From Callorhinchus milii (Eukaryota), in contig NW_024704768.1 of assembly GCF_018977255.1 (NCBI RefSeq), positions 2,728,001 through 2,771,444 of the forward strand: a stretch of 43,444 nt of DNA. Reading direction: 5' to 3'. The translations under genes were made by a program, and so were the position numbers. A model generated the notes under the pieces. The model was not told the origin of the DNA. It did no database searches and saw only the letters and a program-made list of their open reading frames with translations. Below, piece by piece: positions 10,641 to 28,013 of this stretch (its first letter is position 1; every line of letters begins with the position of its first letter).

Positions 10641-11680
10641 ACTATCACGGTTGGTCATTGTTTAACCTGCCTCGCCACTTTGTGCTCATGCCGTGTGTGC
10701 AAGGAACGCTATTCAACTTGTTTCTCTGCTTAACACAAAACTCATCACATTCCAAAAATGCTCTTCGTTACACAGGATCAGATAACCGGCCGTGACCCGA
10801 AGCCAACATGAAGATAACAGTCACAAGCCTTGCACTTGATACATGTTGTATCATCACGACTTGTCACGTCTTCGAGACGTCTCAAAGCGCTTCACAGGAT
10901 TCACTGTAGAGTGAATTGAATGTGTGTACGAGATACTGATATTAGATCCAGAACCTCAGAGATTTCAATGGAAGGAAATCAAGTTCAATGACTATAGCAA
11001 ATCCCACTCTCTCTTGTCTTCCACCTGATAGTGTCTGTCTGGTAGACGAGTCAAGTAATAATCCTGGCATTTGGGTTAGATCCTTGACATGTGGGGAGCA
11101 TGTCCCACAAACAGCCGTGAAGTCAACAACCAATTTTATCGAGGTGAGGGGGATTGTTGGCCAGTAGGAACCCCTTCTCTTTTCGAACAGCGCCGTAGGA
11201 TCTTTAACGTCCACCTGAGCAGGTACAGGTAGTCAGGGTGCTTGGTTTAATGTCTCATCCCTCACCTGAAGAATGGGGCTCCGACATTGTAGTGCTCCCC
11301 CAGCACAGCACTGGAAAGTCATCTTACACTATTTTGGTTCCAAGTCTTCACATTCTTCTGATTGAGGCAAGACAGAGAGTGCTGCCGACTGAGCCAGGCT
11401 CAAGACTCTCGAATACAGGTAGATAGGAACATGGGAACAGGAGGAGGCCATTCAGCTGTACCTCAGGTAAAGGGAGTCTAAGTCCCAGACTGCTGTCAAC
11501 TCAATTAAACCGTCTTTGAAATTTGGACTTTGTTTGGCCCATAAAATGCACAAGAGGTTTCTTTGTTCACTGCAGGAAATATTGTTTGATCTGAACAAGA
11601 TTGATTCCCAGTGCCAGGATTGAGCTTTATCTGTAAGTTTCATTCTGGAACTACAGAAACAACAGCTCCAGGATTGGTAG

Positions 11681-12282
11681 TGTTAGATATCATTCCGTTT
11701 AGGTAAAATCTGTTAAGCCAAGTTTATTGAAACAAACATATACCATTGAAACGCGCTTATTTCAGCAGTCAACCGTCAACACCGCTAGGCCGAGTGCTGC
11801 GGGTCCGGAAGAGGGCTCTTTCTTAGTTACTGCAGTTATTCGAGCTTTCGATCTTCCATCACGATCTGTTGGCACCGTTCCGGACTGCTTCCCACTTCTC
11901 TTTTTCGGCTACTTGTGGTCAGTGGCCTGACTTGAAATTACATCCCTTTTTACATAGCCAATCACTTTGTGTTGTACCGCGCCTTATTCGACGGTTTGTC
12001 GACCAACCGCCTGCTCCTTCCTGGGGCCCTGAACCCACTTCTGATACAGTCACGTACTCAGGTTAATCAATCATTTGACTTGGTGCCAACCTGACTGAGG
12101 CTCCACCAGGTCTTCCCTTTGTCCTGATAGGAGATGGACCAGTTGAGGGCTGTACCCGGTGCTTGTTATTTTGTGGTGTGGGATCATTAGTACATTCCTT
12201 TTAAGTGACTGCTCATTTCTTATCAGGTATCCCGGGACGGTACCAAACTCCTTTAGTTTAAGCAACTTGCTCATTAGTTGCT
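11681..12282 (-). mobile_element. Truncated duplicate of the same solo LTR
   Basis: GTAG|TGTTAGATA start (intact TG); matches 14507-15109 and is cut at the tandem-duplication junction. Confidence 0.85.
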
Positions 12283-12624
12283 CATTAGAAATCATTGAAC
12301 TTGATTTCCTTCCATTGAAATCTCTGAAGCTCTGGATCTAATATCAATATCTCGTAGCTCAATGGTTTGGGCAATCGCCTCACAAGCAAGAGGACCTGGG
12401 TTCGATTCCCGGGCAGAGCAAAACCTTGCATATACATCACTCTGATTCAATACTGCAAGAGTCAAAGTAAATGACACATACAATTGATCAGAACATCTTC
12501 AAGTAATATGAGGAACATTGGTATTGCAGCATTTATAGATACTCCTGTTCCAGATATTCTCCCCAATATTTTCAAACCATCAGCTGAACTCGTCTTTAAA
12601 GACTACCACTTCTCCCTCTTTAAC

Positions 12625-12953
12625 GTGGAGTCCTGTAGCTCAGTGGTTAGAGCACTCGCTTTGCAAGTGAGAGACCTGAGTTCAATTCCCGGCAGAGGGC
12701 GAAACCTCGGGCAAGTTTCCTTACTCCACACAGAGCCTAATAATAATCCCTCCAAAACCAAACACAATAATAAATTGGTCATTTTCAATCCACGACTGTT
12801 TGTGGGACATTGCTGTGCGCAATTGGCCGCCGCGTTCGCCCACAAATATACAGTCAATTCACTTTACAGTGTGTTCTGTGAAGCGCTTTGGGACGTCCTC
12901 CCGACGTGATAAGCGCTATATCAAATGCAAGGATTATTATTATTATTATTATT
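12625..12953 (+). mobile_element. Same SINE, duplicated with the tandem unit
   Basis: Same sequence and same flanks as 10314-10640. Confidence 0.9.
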
Positions 12954-13859
12954 AACTATCACGGTTGGTCATTGTTTAATCTGCCTCGCCACTTTGTGCT
13001 CATGCCGTGTGTCCCGAATTACTCGACCTTATCTACAATTCAGTGCAGACCCTGATATTCCTTCTCTCTCACTCCTAAAACTATGTACTTTTTCTTTGCT
13101 GCTTACGTTTCCAGATTTCACCCACAAAATACACATTCAATTCACTCTACAGTGCATCCGGTGAAGCGCTTTGAGACGTCTCGAAGACGTGACAAGCCAT
13201 TGTAACTTGGCCACAGCCCTGTGCAAGGAACTTGTTTCTCTGCTTATCACAAAACTCATCACATTCCAAAAATGCTCTTCGTTACACAGGATCAGATAAC
13301 CGGCCGTGACCCAAAGCCAACATGAAGATAACAGTCACAAGCCTTGCACTTCGAGACGTCTCAAAGCGCTTCACAGGATTCACTGTAGAGTGAATTGAAT
13401 GTGTGTACGAGATACTGAACCTCCAGAACCTCAGAGATTTCAATGGAAGGAAATCAAGTTCAATGACTATAGCAAATCCCACTCTCTCTTGTCTTCCACC
13501 TGATAGTGTCTGTCTGGTAGACGAGTCAAGTAATAATCCTGGCATTCGGGTTAGATCCTTGACATGTGGGGAGCATGTCCCACAAACAGCCGTGAAGTCA
13601 ACAACCAATTTTATCGAGGTGAGGGGGATTGTTGGCCAGTAGGAACCCCTTCTCTTTTCGAACAGCGCCGTAGGATCTTTAACGTCCACCTGAGCAGGTA
13701 CAGGTAGTCAGGGTGCTTGGTTTAATGTCTCATCCCTCACCTGAAGAATGGGGCTCCGACATTGTAGTGCTCCCCCAGCACAGCACTGGAAAGTCATCTT
13801 ACACTATTTTGGTTCCAAGTCTTCATATTCTTCTGATTGAGGCAAGACAGAGAGTGCTG

Positions 13860-14205
13860 TCTCTCTCTGTGGAGTCCTGTAGCTCAGTGGTTAGAGCACT
13901 CGCTTTGCAAGTGAGAGACCTGAGTTCAATTCCAGGCAGAGGGCGAAACCTTGGGCAAGTTTCCTTACTCCACACAGAGCCTAATAATAATCCCTCCAAA
14001 ACCAAAAACAATAATAAAAATTGGTCATTTTCAATCTACAACTGTTTGTGGGACATTGCTGTGCGCAATTGGCTGCCGCGTTCGCCCACAAATATACAGT
14101 CAATTCACTTTACAGTGTGTTCTGTGAAGCGCTTTGGGACGTCCTCCCGACGTGAAAAGCGCTATATCAAATGCAAGGATTATTATTATTATTATATATA
14201 TATAT
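13860..14205 (+). mobile_element. Same SINE, inserted after the tandem duplication; TSD TGCTG
   Basis: Absent from the paralogous site (~11370-11390 gacagagagtgctgccgact); TGCTG at 13855-13859 and 14206-14210. Confidence 0.92.
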
Positions 14206-14506
14206 TGCTGCCGACTGAGCCAGGCTCAAGACTCTCGAATACAGGTAGATAGGAACATAGGAACAGGAGGAGGCCATTCAGCTGTACCTCAGGTAAAGGG
14301 AGTCTAAGTCCCAGACTGCTGTCAACTCAATTAAACCGTCTTTGAAATTTGGACTTTGTTTGGCCCATAAAATGCACAAGAGGTTTCTTTGTTCACTGCA
14401 GGAAATATTGTTTGATCTGAACAAGATTGATTCCCAGTGCCAGGATTGAGCTTTATCTGTAAGTTTCATTCTGGAACTACAGAAACAACAGCTCCAGGAT
14501 TGGTAG

Positions 14507-15379
14507 AGTTAGATATCATTCCGTTTAGGTAAAATCTGTTAAGCCAAGTTTATTGAAACAAACATATACCATTGAAACGCGCTTATTTCAGCAGTCAACC
14601 GTCAACACCGCTAGGCCGAGTGCTGCGGGTCCGGAAGAGGGCTCTTTCTTAGTTACTGCAGTTATTCGAGCTTTCGATCTTCCATCACGATCTGTTGGCA
14701 CCGTTCCGGACTGCTTCCCACTTCTCTTTTTCGGCTACTTGTGGTCAGTGGCCTGACTTGAAATTACATCCTGTATTTACATAGCCAATCACTTTGTGTT
14801 GTACCGCGCCTTATTCGACGGTTTGTCGACCAACCGCCTGCTCCTTCCTGGGGCCCTGAACCCACTTCTGATACAGTCACGTACTCAGGTTAATCAATCA
14901 TTTGACTTGGTGCCAACCTGACTGAGGCTCCACCAGGTCTTCCCTTTGTCCTGATAGGAGATGGACCAGTTGAGGGCTGTATCCGGTGCTTGTTATTTTG
15001 TGGTGTGGGATCATTAGTACATTCCTTTTAAGTGACTGCTCATTTCTTATCAGGTATCCCGGGACGGTACCAAACTCCTTTAGTTTAAGCAACTTGCTCA
15101 TTAGTTGCTGTCCTTGAGGGTTGCCTTTTGTTGCTTGGCAGGCCCTGCCAGAATCTAGCGAGCTCCTGTGTCGACCAATACTTTGGACCGTTCCCTCTGT
15201 GGGTTGGTTGTTATTCACTGTTAAGAGGTAACTCACTGCCCTTTTCCAACGCTGTCTTGTTATTCTTTCAGAAACAGAGAAAACCAGACGTGTCCTATCC
15301 CACGACTGTCAGTACTTTCTCCATTCTCCATTTGTTTAATGTTTCATTGTTATTAGACGACAACTTCTATTATCTAACA
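14507..15379 (-). mobile_element. Solo LTR (~873 bp) with 4-bp TSD GTAG
   Basis: Ends (T/A)GTTAGATA...TATCTAACA, flanked by GTAG at 14503-14506 and 15380-15383. The empty site is visible in the paralogous upstream region of copy 2 (~7014-7040, ccaggatcg-gtcg-gaataatcc). On the minus strand there is a CCAAT box, an AT-rich TATA-like box and AATAAA (14549-14554) ~40 nt from the end. Confidence 0.85.
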
Positions 15380-15479
15380 GTAGGAATAATCATTGCATTT
15401 CTTTATATCGGTTTATCAGTGGGGGAAGCTTTAGGAAATTCGGGAACGAGGCAATTATAGTAATAATAAACTAGTTACG

Positions 15480-15705
15480 CCTAATAATAATGCCTCCAAA
15501 ACCAAAAACAATAATAAATTGTTCATTTTCAATCCATGACTGTTTGTGGGACATTGCTGTGCGCAATTGGCTGCCGCGTTCACCCACAAATATACAGACA
15601 ATTCACTTTACAGTATATTCTGTGAAGCGCTTTGGGACGTCCTCCCGACGTGAAAAGCGCTATATCAAATGCAAGGATTATTATTATTATTATTATTATT
15701 ATTAT
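15480..15705 (+). mobile_element. 5'-truncated copy of the young SINE upstream of galectin copy 3
   Basis: Body and (TAT)n tail only; absent from the copy 2 upstream region. Confidence 0.85.
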
Positions 15706-16056
15706 CACACCATCCAAAAGTCTCAAGTTACTTTTTATTTTATTTTCTCCTGTTCTCTTACTTCCTCTCCCAATTCCGAATAACATGGCCTCGATGACAA
15801 GAAACAAGTTCTTACGTAATTCTCACCTCCTCAGCGCTTTTCTTGGAACACATTATGTTAATGATTGATTTACTAGGAACTCATTTTCACATCTCCCCCC
15901 ACCTGCCCCTGCCCCGCGATGTCCTATATATATGAACACCCAACACGCAGAACAGTACAACGCGGAGGTCGAGGAGCGAGTGTGAGGATCCTCTGCTCTC
16001 ACCAGTCAGCTGATACTTGAAACTCTTACGTCGTTTGATCCCCGTAAAGAGAAAGG

Positions 16057-18178
16057 ATGGTGGTGAGTAGAACGCAGCCGAGAGATGTGTGTCAGCGCAG
16101 CAGCCGATATGACACAATACAATTCACTTTGCAGTACGTTCTGCGAAGCACTTTGAGACAGACGTCTGAAAGGCACGATCAGGCGCTATATTAAATGTAA
16201 GGTTATTAATGTTACTTAATTGACATTTAAACAGAGCTTTCCACGTCCCAAGGAGATGAACAATACCGGTCTCGGGAGGGGGAGGGGAAATTTGACCGAA
16301 AGCACAGTCACCGAGGATAGTCTTGAGACGGAACTTGAATGAACAGTAATATCGTCGTGCTGGCACTCTATCATCCATTACAATTTTGTTCCCACAAAGT
16401 AGCCATCATGGGTTAATGTTCCAGCTTCATTTAATGTAGCGCCAGAAAGGGCTCAGTCACTCTCACTCTCACCTCAAAGGCTGCGAGTAAAATCCTGTGA
16501 AGCGCTTTGAGACGTCTTGACAGTATGATAAGGCGCTGTACGAAGTGCAAGGGTTGTTATTATAAATCCTTACGCACGAATAGAGGGGACTATCGTCCAC
16601 AATGAGACTCACTCTCTTGATTTAGTAATAATAATGATCAATCCTTACATTTGATACAGCGCCTTATCACGTCGTTGACACGTCTCAAATGCGCTTCCCA
16701 GAATATACTGTGAAGTGCATTGAATGAGTATTTTGTGGGCAAAGGGTTTACCCCACAAACAGAGTTGCTGATAAGGGGATCAGTGTTGTAATACATTGCC
16801 CTGTGTTTTGCTCCCAACACCACAGCTGTTTGAAGTGACGGGAATGAAGATGCAGCCCGGAGACACGGTGAGGATCAGAGGGAGGATTCTGGAGGAGGTC
16901 GTGAGGTGAGAATCCCGGATTTCCCATCATGATCAACAAACACGTTCATCACATCCCCACGTGCGGCTCAGACTGAGCTAAAGAGAAGCAGATTTGGGCT
17001 TTGAATCGCACGGGGTCTGTTCAATTGATCCAATTGATACAACTGAACAGTTTTAGTAGATACCCAATGTTGATACCCAACTCGATCTCTCTGCCTCCAG
17101 CCTCGACTCCAGGACACTGCTGTCCTGATGGATGTCTGTCAGACGTCAAGTCCTGGATGAGAGACAATTTTCTCCAATTGAATACTTGGCTCCCGTCAGC
17201 ACCTCCTCACCTCAGGTCCTGGCAGCATCACTTCACAGATGCACTCTGACCTCACTGAGTCAGTACGGAACATTGGGTTCGACCCTCAATTATCTTTTAA
17301 ACCCAATATCTGTGCCACGACCCATTCTGCCGGTCACAGAGGTAAGAATATTCAATTAACGGCATTTTACAACGTTTGCTTCTCTCTGTTCTGCCCGGTT
17401 GCAGATTCACCGTGAATCTTGGCAAAGATGACAGAAACATTGCCTTACACTTCGACCCTCGTTTCAATCATCTGTGTGATATCAAAAAGATTATCATGGC
17501 CACCCGGAAAGATGGCACATGGGGACATGAGCAAAAAGATGACCACTTCCCCTTCTATTGGGGGAAACAAGTGGAGGTAAATAATAATGGATAATACTGA
17601 TAATAACCCTTACATTCGATACAACAACAGTTTGGATTTACACTGCGCCCTTCATACAACGCAGCATCTGGGAGAGAGTCCCAAAGCTTCAGGGGTTAGT
17701 GGCTGAAAGCGCAGGAAGGTAGTGGCATGGAGGGAACGAGGGACAAGCAGGACACCAGAGCCAGCCGAGCAGAGGCAGTGGGTAGTGGAGTGATGGGAAA
17801 GCAGGTCAGAAAGGTAGGGAGGTGCCGGGGGGGTGAAGGGATTTGTAGACGATTGAGAGGATCTTGAAATCGATCCGTCCTGTGATAGGGAGTCAGTGGA
17901 GCCCAGTGAGGACTTGTGTGACATGTAGTTTATTGTGAGTGACAATCCGAGTGGCGGAGCCCAGTGAGGATGGGAGTGACGAGCTCGCAGATATGGGAAA
18001 TATTCACTCACGGAACACTCCTTTCCATTTACAGATTATAATTGCCTTCTTGGGCGACACGTTTGAAATCACTCTCTCGACTGGTCACCGGATTGTGTTC
18101 CAAAACAGCCTGAAGATGGAAATCCTCACCTACATGTCTGCGTTTAATATGACTGTGTCCGATATCAAATTTTACTGA
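16057..18178 (+). CDS. Prototype galectin (galectin-1/2-like), copy 3; exons 16057-16062, 16826-16905, 17405-17576, 18035-18178, 133 aa
   Basis: ATG GTG|gtgagt, same exon sizes, open frame. CRD reads LHFDPRFNHLCDIKKIIMATRKDGTWGHEQK. AATAAA at 18206-18211; TATATATA at 15925-15932. Confidence 0.9.
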
Positions 18179-18604
18179 GGTGCTGAGATGTCTGAACCAT
18201 TAACCAATAAAAACTTCTGAAGAGCCCATTGAGTTGTCTGTTCTTCTCCTGGAGCAGCCGCTGGCTCCGCTCGACTGGTTCCTGGCTTCTGCATGTCCCT
18301 CGTGTGCTCCGTTCCACCAATGGTGACCGCGCTTTACGCCACTCTGCCCCGAACCTCTGGCACACTCCCCCTCTATCACTCCGCCTTGCCCCTTCCTTCC
18401 CCATCTTCACGTCGCGCAGGAAGCCATTCGACCGTGTCTTACGTCACCTCCCCCCCCCAACCCCCAGCTCGGCGTCCTGCGCCCCCAATGTCAAGCGCTC
18501 CGGGACGCTCTCCCCTGCGTGAGGGGTTAATAATTCCAGATTGCGATTGGCAGCTGATAAAACGCTTCTCGGTTTACATTGAGATGGTTGAACAACACAA
18601 ACAG

Positions 18605-18902
18605 CTGCAGTGCCGCATTGAGCCGCACAGGTGGTGTTGATGGAGACCAAAGTCTGCGACGTGAACAATCAGCCGATGAAATGAACGGCTCATTTTCTGG
18701 GGCGATTGTTGCTTTGAGACGTCTCGAAGACGCGATGAGAGGCGATGTATCAAATGCCATCATTATTATCCTTCAATGCTCCTGAATTGGGGGATATAAC
18801 CCGGTATTGGCAGTACCACCTGTCGCCCTCAGTGGGCGATGTTCAGGTAGAGGGCATTGTGGTCCAACAGCGCCGCCTGCGGGACACGACGCGGTACTGC
18901 AG
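18605..18902. promoter_or_regulatory. Cluster of extended CTCF-like motifs between galectin copy 3 and FAIM2
   Basis: + TGCAGTGCC-N9-CGCACAGGTGGTG (18606-18636); + GGCAGTACC-N8-CCCTCAGTGGGCG (18809-18838); + CAGGTAGAGGGCA (18844-18856); - TGCAGTACC-N9-CCCGCAGGCGGCG (18871-18901). Confidence 0.55.
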
Positions 18903-19375
18903 CTGTTTGCGGGGCTCAGTCATCTCAATGTAAACCAAGAAGCATTTTACCAGCTGCCAATTGTGATCCGGAAGGTTATTAATTTTGATGATGAATCATT
19001 TCCACACAGTGTACCTCCTCTCAGCTTCGAACCACAACTGTGCAGCAAAGCGTCCGATAAAACCCGCAAATGAACCGTACATTAATACTAATGACCCTTG
19101 CCTCCACAACGCAAGACAAAATTTGATTCGTGTCGCGCCTTTCACGTCGGGAAGGCATCCCATTCGATACGGCAGCTTCCTGTGAAGCGCTTTGGGACGT
19201 CTCAACGATGTGGTCAGGGCGCGATATCAATAAAGAAGCCATTAACCCAACCTTGATTTGGATGAAGTTGTATATTGCCTCTGTCAACCTCTCTCCCTCT
19301 TCCTCTCTCTGTGCTCTTTTTTTCTTGCGGAATAAGACGAGGATAAACTGACCCATGGTATTTAGTCCGTTGCGG

Positions 19376-19494
19376 TGTTTATAATCCCGGCTAATGACCA
19401 TCATGTGACGCAACACTGCTCCTAATCTTCGCCACAGACGCTTGGAACAAAGCGGTGCGGCAATGGACGTGAATTTCCTAAGGGAGACTTGAAG
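19376..19494 (+). other. Candidate non-coding first exon of FAIM2
   Basis: TTTATAA at ~19378-19384, a 9-codon uORF (ATG 19463), strong donor GAAG|gtaatt at 19494/19495; matching acceptor ccgcag|at 20629/20630. Confidence 0.35.
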
Positions 19495-20686
19495 GTAATT
19501 CCAGTGTAAGATTTACAGAGGTAGGAATCCCAGATTTACTCCAGATTTTTCTGCTGCTTTTATATTTACTGTGTGGAGCTACATCCAGAGTGTCCGGAAT
19601 TTGGCGAATTCTTGACCTCGGAGCGGGTTTTCTGTAATTTTTACGCAGAACCCGCAGAAACCACCAAACATTTTTTTTTTTAGAAGTCCCCAGTTTGCCA
19701 ATGTTTGGAAATGCTGAGGAAATAGAGCAAATTCTGGATCGAGATAATTATTATTATGATTATTATTCGTAGTAGTAGTATTATTATTATAGACTTGGAA
19801 TTTCAACCCATGCTGTAGTATTAAATGTGAATGCTGGATGTGCATCTTAATACTTAGGTATGGTCTGTCTGTCTGTCTGTCTGTCGTGTCTCTCTGTCTG
19901 TCTGTGGGTGGGAGTGGGAGGGTGGGTGGGGTAGCGATTTGTCCAGTCTTGTTCAGCCGCTCTCTCTATAAGCAATGCTGGAATGGAGCGCTACATTGGT
20001 TGGAGACGCCGTCCTTCAGATGAGGCGTTAAATGCGCTCCCAGTCTGTGCCTATTCGGGACGTTAAAAGATCCTGCATCACTATTGGAAAAGAGAAGGGC
20101 GTTGTCTCTCTCCTGGTGTCATGGCCGACGATCCCTCCAGATAAAAAATCGGCTGCTTTGGGGCTGCGCTGCTGCGCGCAAACTGGCCGACGCATTTGCC
20201 TACAGAGTACACGGTCGCTGCACTTTGCAGCAAAATCCCGTGAAGGGCTTTGAGACGTCTCGACGTTGTGATGAGGCGCTTTATCAAAAGCGAGCCTTTG
20301 ATTTTTTTATTAATTCATTCATTTGTTCATTTATTTCCTCAATAATGTTTGTTCGGATGCTGCAACGGGAAGGGGTCGGTTGGGCGGGTGTGCCGGAGGC
20401 GTGGGGTTGGATGGGCCAAAGAGTCTTTGTCATCCAATAGAGACCGCGTGAGGCACACTCAACAACAACAACTTGCATTTACACCGCGTCCCTCACGCAG
20501 GGTAGCGTCCCAGAGCGCTTGACACCAGCCTCGGGGGAGGGAGAGGCGATCGTGGGGGGGGTGGGGGCTTTATAAATCCAAGTTGTTGGTGTTGTTGTAA
20601 CTAGGCCTAGTCTCTTGCTGTGTCCGCAGATTTTTTTGCCGCCATTAAAAGCGCGAGTCAGGGAGCGAGCGTAGAGGACGGAGACC

Positions 20687-26628
<5,942 letters not shown>

Positions 26629-27416
26629 CTCCCGGTTCCCCTCCTCCCCCCTCCCACCATCTGACCTGCCGGCCCCAGGTAAACGTGTAAAACAACAACA
26701 ACTTGCATTTACATCGCGCCCCCCCCACCCCCACCCACCCTCACCCCTGGTAGTCTCCTGCGGCGCTTCACCGCGTCCGCACTGTGTTACTTTGCGCGTG
26801 GAGTGTGCAAATGGTTTTCGTGGTGTCCGTCTCGCCAATAAACAATGGAACGGTCAGTCTCGGCTTAATTCGGACTCGCTCTCGGTGGGAATTCTGTCCG
26901 AGGGGTGGGAGTTGTGCGCGTGTGTGCGTGTGTGTGTGTGTCTCTCTCTCTCCTCTCTCTCTGTTATCCAGTGGGTCTGTATGTATGTGTGTAGCCTTCG
27001 TGTGGAGTGCGTGTGTCTGCGGGAGGAGGAGGAATGAGGAGGTTAATAGACTGAACTCTGTTGGGGGCGTCTTTTTTGTGCCGGTGACCCTTCAAATAAC
27101 ACACACGGAAACCCCTCACTGTTGCCTAAGAACACCCAAATCGAGATGAGATTTCCAATGCAAGTGCTCTCTCTCTCTCTCTCTCTCTCATTGGAGGGAC
27201 GCCCTCTGCTTCCCTAATTCCGGAGAGTATTAGGCGCAGGTTGGCGAGAGCCAAGGCTTGGGGTGGTGGGGGGGGGGGGGGGTGGGAGCCCAGAGTGTGC
27301 GTTGGGGGTAACTGCTGAGGTCTAACCGGCTAAACCCGCACACACAGCCTCGGCCATTGGGAGCGAGGTCTGGCCAAGCCTTCCCGCTGCTGGTCCGGCT
27401 CGGACCCCCCTCCCCG

Positions 27417-27446
27417 TTAGTTAGTTAGTTAGTTAGTTAGTTAGGG
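27417..27446. repeat. (TTAG)n microsatellite ending in TTAGGG
   Basis: ttagttagttag...ttaggg. Confidence 0.85.
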
Positions 27447-27774
27447 CTTTGGCTGTGGGGTTACCAGGAGCTGAGGGGGAGGATTCCCGGCCCCCAGTGA
27501 CTGGTCGTGAGCCGGGCTGGGCTGTGCCGCCATCAGCGGTGAGTGCCCCGGGACACTGCGGCCCCTCCCGGCTCAGGAACCGGGGGCTCGAGACCGTCAC
27601 GGAGGGGCGGGTGTGGGGGGTGGGGGGGGTTGGGGCTCGATCCCCACATTCCGTTGCCAGGCAGGTCACCTCGGAGCCAGTTCAGTTTCGGGGAGACCTC
27701 CCCGCCCCCCTCCCACTCACCTTCGCCTGCGCACCCCCCCACCCTCCCCCCACCAGGTGTTTATGGGCGGGGGT

Positions 27775-27950
27775 CTGGGGCGGGGTTTGAGTGCGGGTGG
27801 GGTTGGGGGTGTGGTTTGCGAGTGGGCGGGGCTGGGTTGGGGGCGTGGTTTGAGTGTGGGCGGGGCTGGTTTGGGGGCGTGGTTGCGAGAGGGCGGGGTT
27901 GGGTTGGGGGCGTGGTTTGAGTGTGGGCGGGGCTGGGGGGGCGGGTCCGG
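27775..27950 (+). promoter_or_regulatory. BCDIN3D GC-box promoter built from a ~30-bp tandem unit
   Basis: Repeated ggggcgtggtttg-gagtgtgggcggggctg (Sp/KLF boxes) ending ~65 nt before the ATG. Confidence 0.6.
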
Positions 27951-28013
27951 GCCGGAACCTTTGTTGGCGGCTCCGGTGGGGACGGACGGACGGGTGTTGG
28001 TGACGGACCAGTA

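Larger units (their letters stand above)
9986..15109 (+). repeat. Tandem segmental duplication: unit A ~9986-12282, unit B ~12296-15109
   Basis: Near-identical blocks (e.g. 11452..11643 vs 14278..14469; 11727..11930 vs 14553..14756). Unit B carries an extra SINE at 13860-14205 and extra sequence near 13010-13210. Confidence 0.9.

Noticed and set aside
401-18178. Reading the galectin exons as one tandem-repeat (bi-CRD) galectin or as pseudogenes
   Set aside because: Each unit has its own ATG exon, stop and polyA signal, copy 1 is on the opposite strand, and no frameshift or premature stop is present.
27417-27446. Interstitial telomere
   Set aside because: Unit is TTAG with a single TTAGGG; it is a slippage expansion inside an older repeat.
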